DNA of 64,000 bases from Eledone cirrhosa (lineage: Eukaryota), in the NCBI GenBank assembly GCA_964016885.1, contig OZ024741.1, forward strand, positions 337,714,001-337,778,000. The letters run 5' to 3'. Below, piece after piece: positions 63,830 through 64,000 of the stretch (its first letter is position 1; every line of letters begins with the position of its first letter). A program made the translations under genes and the position numbers. The notes beneath the pieces are model-generated. The model was not told the origin of the DNA, did no database searches, and saw nothing but the letters and a program-made list of their open reading frames with translations.

Positions 63830-64000
63830 TCATATCATCATTTTACGTCCGCTTTTCCCTGCTTGCAAGGGTGGGACGGGAACTGATTCTGGCTTGATTT
63901 CTACAGCTGGATGCTCTTCCTAACACCAACCTCATTTACAGTGAGTGCTGGGTGCTTTTTTGCCATGGCACCTCCACGACCACTTTGCAGTGGAATGATA
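63830..64000 (-). mobile_element. Composite SINE 3' part, running off the window
   Basis: Near-identical to 60335-60510. Confidence 0.8.

Overview
AT-rich, microsatellite- and transposon-dense animal DNA, most likely an octopus or other coleoid cephalopod (inferred from the protocadherin architecture and repeat types). The window covers part of a head-to-tail protocadherin cluster. It holds the last two coding exons of one paralog (1268-1430, 14265-14527) and a complete 3-coding-exon paralog (51697-54096, 54948-55107, 55858-56105; 935 aa, 6 cadherin repeats, TM, own cytoplasmic exons). The rest is 5'-truncated RTE LINEs, a Penelope-like (RT + GIY-YIG) element, mariner/Tc1 relics, Helitrons, tRNA-derived SINEs, MITEs and minisatellites. 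The most striking signal not shown by the ORF track is a dense set of minimal hammerhead-ribozyme motifs: about 15 intact or decayed motifs, with palindromic helix III and in two cases a compensatory U3-A8 core. They sit in short non-coding cassettes embedded in (TA)n tracts and often folded into long inverted repeats. All calls were made by eye. Repeat boundaries are approximate and ribozyme activity is untested.
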